DNA of 20,000 bases, taken from an uncultured virus (IMG/VR IMGVR_UViG_3300047323_000676) (taxonomy: Duplodnaviria; Heunggongvirae; Uroviricota; Caudoviricetes). This document shows positions 16,569 to 20,000 of this stretch, in pieces. How positions within the stretch are numbered: position 1 is the stretch's first letter; every line of letters begins with the position of its first letter. Position numbers and translations under genes: made by a program. Below the pieces are notes generated by a model that was not told where the DNA came from, made no database searches, and worked only from the letters and a program-made list of their open reading frames with translations. The DNA lies in the IMG/VR virus record IMGVR_UViG_3300047323_000676. One strand, written 5' to 3'.

Positions 16569-17441
16569 ATGTGGAAAACATTACATAAACAATTAAATAT
16601 ATACCATAAAACCTTATCTATTAAAGAATACTGTTCAGCATTTATTAAGTTAGTAAATCCTAATGATGAACTGTGGACACTTAATGAATTAGAGTCTTAT
16701 TTAAGAATAAATATAACTTCAGATTTTTTTCCTGAAATTATAAATTTACATAATTATTTTAATAATGGTGATTATCGTTTTATCGCCAATTATATCTATC
16801 ATTTTCCCAACACTGATAAGTCATGGTTTGATATTGATAATAATTGGAAAAATATGGAACACCAAAAACAATATAAAACATTATTTGATGACTCTTCAGA
16901 ATTTTTTATATTTAAAAAATCTATTTTTGATCCAGAGCATTTATTATCTAAAGATGAATTGGAACATCAGTTAACTTTTCTGTTTTTGTTATTTTTGCCA
17001 ACTATAGATAATTATGGATTGTTTTATCATCCATTTAAAAAAATTCCTTTAATATGCTGTAATCTAATATCCAATCAAAACTTTGATATGCTATATGATC
17101 TAATGCATGAATATGATAGTTTTGAGTTAAGTGTATTATGTAAAGGTAATAATCTAAATCATATTTTAATGGAAGACTTTATGACTAACTCTTCTGTTTT
17201 ATATGCTTTTGATCCTAAAGTTAATTGGTATAATGTTCTTCCAATATATAAAATATATAAGCTATTAGATATAAACTGTAATTTTCAATTATTCTCTAAT
17301 CACATATCTAAGAATTCTGCTTATATGTTTGAAGATATGCCAGAAATACTCATTAAACTTGAGAAAGAATATATGTATTCCAAATTTAATGAGCAATTGG
17401 CAAAAAAAGAAGCTAAGAAAGAAGAGTTATTAAAACTTTAA
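16569..17441 (+). CDS. Hypothetical protein with Lys-rich C-terminal tail
   Basis: About 290-aa ORF (ATG 16569 preferred over TTG 16560); ends KFNEQLAKKEAKKEELLKL; 3' end overlaps the convergent gene by 12 nt. Confidence 0.7.
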   Translation: MWKTLHKQLNIYHKTLSIKEYCSAFIKLVNPNDELWTLNELESYLRINITSDFFPEIINLHNYFNNGDYRFIANYIYHFPNTDKSWFDIDNNWKNMEHQKQYKTLFDDSSEFFIFKKSIFDPEHLLSKDELEHQLTFLFLLFLPTIDNYGLFYHPFKKIPLICCNLISNQNFDMLYDLMHEYDSFELSVLCKGNNLNHILMEDFMTNSSVLYAFDPKVNWYNVLPIYKIYKLLDINCNFQLFSNHISKNSAYMFEDMPEILIKLEKEYMYSKFNEQLAKKEAKKEELLKL

Positions 17442-18356
17442 TGAGATAAAGCTTTCTGTAGAAACATGTTTACCATATATTCTAATTAAATCTTTACCAT
17501 CAAAATATAATACATTACAAACCGGACATTTCTCTGAAAGAATAATAGCTTGAGAGCAATCATTTTCAATAAAATGTGTAATTCCGTTAGTTAAGATAAA
17601 TTCAGCTTTTTTATTTAATAATGGAGCATATTTAGTTTTACATAAATCTAAGCTAATTGGTTCTTCAGGTATTTCAAGACTAGAAATTCCTGATACAGAC
17701 TTCATTTTTTTATGGTAAATACTAAATATTTCTATCCATTCACCTTGAATTTTATATCCTATAGACTGCTCAAAACTAGCCTTACATTCTAATGAAGAAA
17801 AGCCAATAGAATAGAAATTCTCATTAGAGGATTTAATATCATGATACATTAGACGATCTAAATGAGCTTGAGGAGTAAATGATCTCCATTCCCAAGGTGG
17901 TTGGAAAAAGCTAGAATGGATTAATCCACAAATTGTAGGTTTTGTTTTGGCTCTTTCATCAACCAATGTTGTATAGCTATATAAGTTTATTTTATCTTTA
18001 TAATTTTCTTCAAAAAATTTGTTTACTTCTTTAAGAGTAGCTCCAGTTCCACAAATACTATCAACAAATAAAATATTGATAGTATCGTAGACTTCTAAAT
18101 TTTGAAGAATTTCAGAAGGTAAAAAAACTTCATATCCTGTATAATCTTTTTGTCTAGGAGCGCTAATTACTCCCATAGGTATATTAAAATGATTAGCCAC
18201 TATTGAACCAGGTATAGTGCCATTTCGAACCTTAGCAACAACAGCGTGGAAACGCAAATGGTTATCACTCTGAAACTTATCAATCAGATCAAAATGACTC
18301 CATACCAAATTACCAAAATCTTGATAATCCATTTGTAAAACATTAGTGGGTAACAT
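17430..18356 (-). CDS. Type I phosphoribosyltransferase (xanthine/guanine PRT-like) fused to a C-terminal domain, possibly degenerate HAD
   Basis: VVAKVRNGTIPGSIVA (cf. ARGG loop), PRPP-binding loop ILFVDSICGTGATL, FFQPPWE (cf. FPWE of Gpt); extra about 150 aa containing KKAE...THFIEND. Confidence 0.75.
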   Translation of the reverse strand: MLPTNVLQMDYQDFGNLVWSHFDLIDKFQSDNHLRFHAVVAKVRNGTIPGSIVANHFNIPMGVISAPRQKDYTGYEVFLPSEILQNLEVYDTINILFVDSICGTGATLKEVNKFFEENYKDKINLYSYTTLVDERAKTKPTICGLIHSSFFQPPWEWRSFTPQAHLDRLMYHDIKSSNENFYSIGFSSLECKASFEQSIGYKIQGEWIEIFSIYHKKMKSVSGISSLEIPEEPISLDLCKTKYAPLLNKKAEFILTNGITHFIENDCSQAIILSEKCPVCNVLYFDGKDLIRIYGKHVSTESFISLKF

Positions 18357-18375
18357 AAAACACCTTTCCTAAAAG

Positions 18376-19512
18376 TTATTTGATGCTGCTTCCGTAAACA
18401 TCATTAGTTTGAATACTAGTTCTATAAAAAGTAGTTCTTTTTGGTAATTCTTTTAAACTAGCAGCACCAACATAAGTGCAGGTAGAACGAACACCACCAA
18501 GAATTTCTAGAATAGTTAAATTAACATCACCACGATAAGGCAATTCAACTACTTTACCTTCAGATGCACGATATTCAGCAACACCACCTGAATATTTTTT
18601 CATTGCCTCTGAAGATGACATTCCATAAAACTTTAAGAATTTTTTACCATCTTTTTCAAATGGCTCCATTTCAGATTCTGTATGTCCAGCTAACATTCCA
18701 CCTAGCATAACAAAATCAGCATTAGCGCCAAATGCCTTTGCTACATCGGCAGGAACTGTACATCCGCCATCACTACAAATTAATCCATTGGAACCACTTG
18801 TTCCATCTAATCCATGTGCTGCATCAGTTGTATCGATAATTGCAGATAATTGAGGGCGACCGACACCAGCCATTTTTCTTGTTGTGCAAGCTGAACCTGG
18901 CCCAATACCTACTTTAAGAATGTCAACACCACTGAAGATAAGTTCTTCAACAATATTACCAGTAACTACATTGCCTGCCATTAGAATAATTTGAGGATGT
19001 TTTTTACGGAATTCTTTGCAGAAATCAACAAAAGATTGCATATAACCGTTAGCCACATCTACACAAACCATTTTTATGCCATGATTTTCATGAGCAGGCA
19101 CACCTTCTTTCCAATAACCAACCTGAGCTAAAACTTTTTCAAATTTTTCGACATCCTTTTTTACAATACCCATTGAATAAAAGCTGTGTTGCATAGCATG
19201 TTTATTCTCGTCTAATAAATCTTTATCAGCTTTAGAAGTTTTTTTACCAAAAAATTCTACTAACTGTTCAATACTATAATGCTTATGAATTGCAGTCATA
19301 CATTGATGTTCTGCTAAAGCTTTTGCCATAGACATAGTACCTACAGTGTCCATATTAGCGGCAATAATTGGCACCCCAGTCCAATCATACTGTGCATGAG
19401 CAAAATTATAATTTTTAATTAATGAAACCTCTGAGCGTGAAGACAATGAAGACCTTTTGGGTTCAATTAAAACATCTTTAAAATCTAATTGTAAATCTTG
19501 TTTAATAAGCAT
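18376..19512 (-). CDS. guaC: GMP reductase (E. coli GuaC-type)
   Basis: LDFKDVLIEPKRSSLSSRSEV, PIIAANMDTVG, CVDVANGY, KVGIGPGSACTTR (catalytic Cys), SDGGC, FYGMSS, YRASEGK, GGVRSTCTYVGA; no CBS domain; ATG 19512 has an AAGGA SD. Confidence 0.95.
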   Translation of the reverse strand: MLIKQDLQLDFKDVLIEPKRSSLSSRSEVSLIKNYNFAHAQYDWTGVPIIAANMDTVGTMSMAKALAEHQCMTAIHKHYSIEQLVEFFGKKTSKADKDLLDENKHAMQHSFYSMGIVKKDVEKFEKVLAQVGYWKEGVPAHENHGIKMVCVDVANGYMQSFVDFCKEFRKKHPQIILMAGNVVTGNIVEELIFSGVDILKVGIGPGSACTTRKMAGVGRPQLSAIIDTTDAAHGLDGTSGSNGLICSDGGCTVPADVAKAFGANADFVMLGGMLAGHTESEMEPFEKDGKKFLKFYGMSSSEAMKKYSGGVAEYRASEGKVVELPYRGDVNLTILEILGGVRSTCTYVGAASLKELPKRTTFYRTSIQTNDVYGSSIK

Positions 19513-19544
19513 ATGTTTTTTCCTTTTGACAAACAAACCATAAA

Positions 19545-19573
19545 ATAATAACTTTTTAATTTTTAAAAAGCAA
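19545..19573 (-). promoter_or_regulatory. Sigma70-like promoter for the guaC-PRTase operon
   Basis: TTGCTT(19573-19568)-N17-TATTAT(19550-19545). Confidence 0.55.
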
Positions 19574-19583
19574 GGAAAATTTA

Positions 19584-20000
19584 TTAATACTTTTCTTCTA
19601 TAAATTTTTTAAAAATAATCAAATCATTTATTGCTTTTTTAATTATTAAATGTTGGTTATCTATAGAAATAGTATCTTTTATAATTAAAGCTAATTGAAA
19701 TATATCTAACCAAGATAAATTGTCTTGTGTTATTTCCAAATAATCATTAATAATATTTATCTCTTTTGCATATTTATTACTATATTGCGGAACAGTTAAT
19801 CCCTGCACTTTAGTAAGATGCTTTTTGATTTTAATTAGAGGAATTTCTTTTTGATAGGTAAAATCTTCGGATAAACTTAATAAAACATAAGCATCATCTA
19901 CAAAAGAATTATCAACAAATTTTTCTCTTACATTAATAAATCCAACTGTTTTACTTAAATTTTCTAAATTTTCAAATATATATATATGATAGTCTTTCAT
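19584..20000 (-). CDS. Hypothetical protein (start at window edge, may extend)
   Basis: 138-aa ORF whose ATG is at the last three bases of the window. Confidence 0.6.
   Translation of the reverse strand: MKDYHIYIFENLENLSKTVGFINVREKFVDNSFVDDAYVLLSLSEDFTYQKEIPLIKIKKHLTKVQGLTVPQYSNKYAKEINIINDYLEITQDNLSWLDIFQLALIIKDTISIDNQHLIIKKAINDLIIFKKFIEEKY

Noticed and set aside
16765..16974. 69-aa ORF nested in another frame of 16569..17441
   Set aside because: Fully overlapped on the same strand with no supporting signals
18376..19536. IMP dehydrogenase (guaB) call and TTG start at 19536
   Set aside because: Motifs AANMDTVG, VANGY, YRASEGK and GGVRSTCTYVGA are GuaC-type; ATG 19512 has the SD and matches the family N-terminus

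Overview
Very AT-rich (roughly a quarter GC by eye), gene-dense window with 18 credible CDSs on both strands, bacterial-type Shine-Dalgarno sites, sigma70-like promoters and intrinsic terminators. It has no structural, integrase, rRNA/tRNA or CRISPR features. The gene mix is ankyrin proteins, an RlaP-like Pol-beta nucleotidyltransferase, a calcineurin-like phosphoesterase, a secreted NucA-like protein, an HExxH peptidase, a lipase array, a PRTase and guaC. This looks like the accessory region of a jumbo phage or other large extrachromosomal element, but that is an inference. Main observations: (1) unrelated helical/ankyrin proteins share a precisely spaced C-terminal tail, [LF]NxxL-x11-K[IL]-COOH, a candidate export or targeting signal; (2) the class-3 lipase array is really A-B-psiA-B', with a collapsed fourth copy hidden in the 'intergenic' 12418-12654 stretch; (3) the secreted NucA/Serratia-type nuclease appears to have lost its catalytic His and metal-binding Asn; (4) guaC is paired with a gpt-like PRTase that has an extra, apparently degenerate HAD-like domain.
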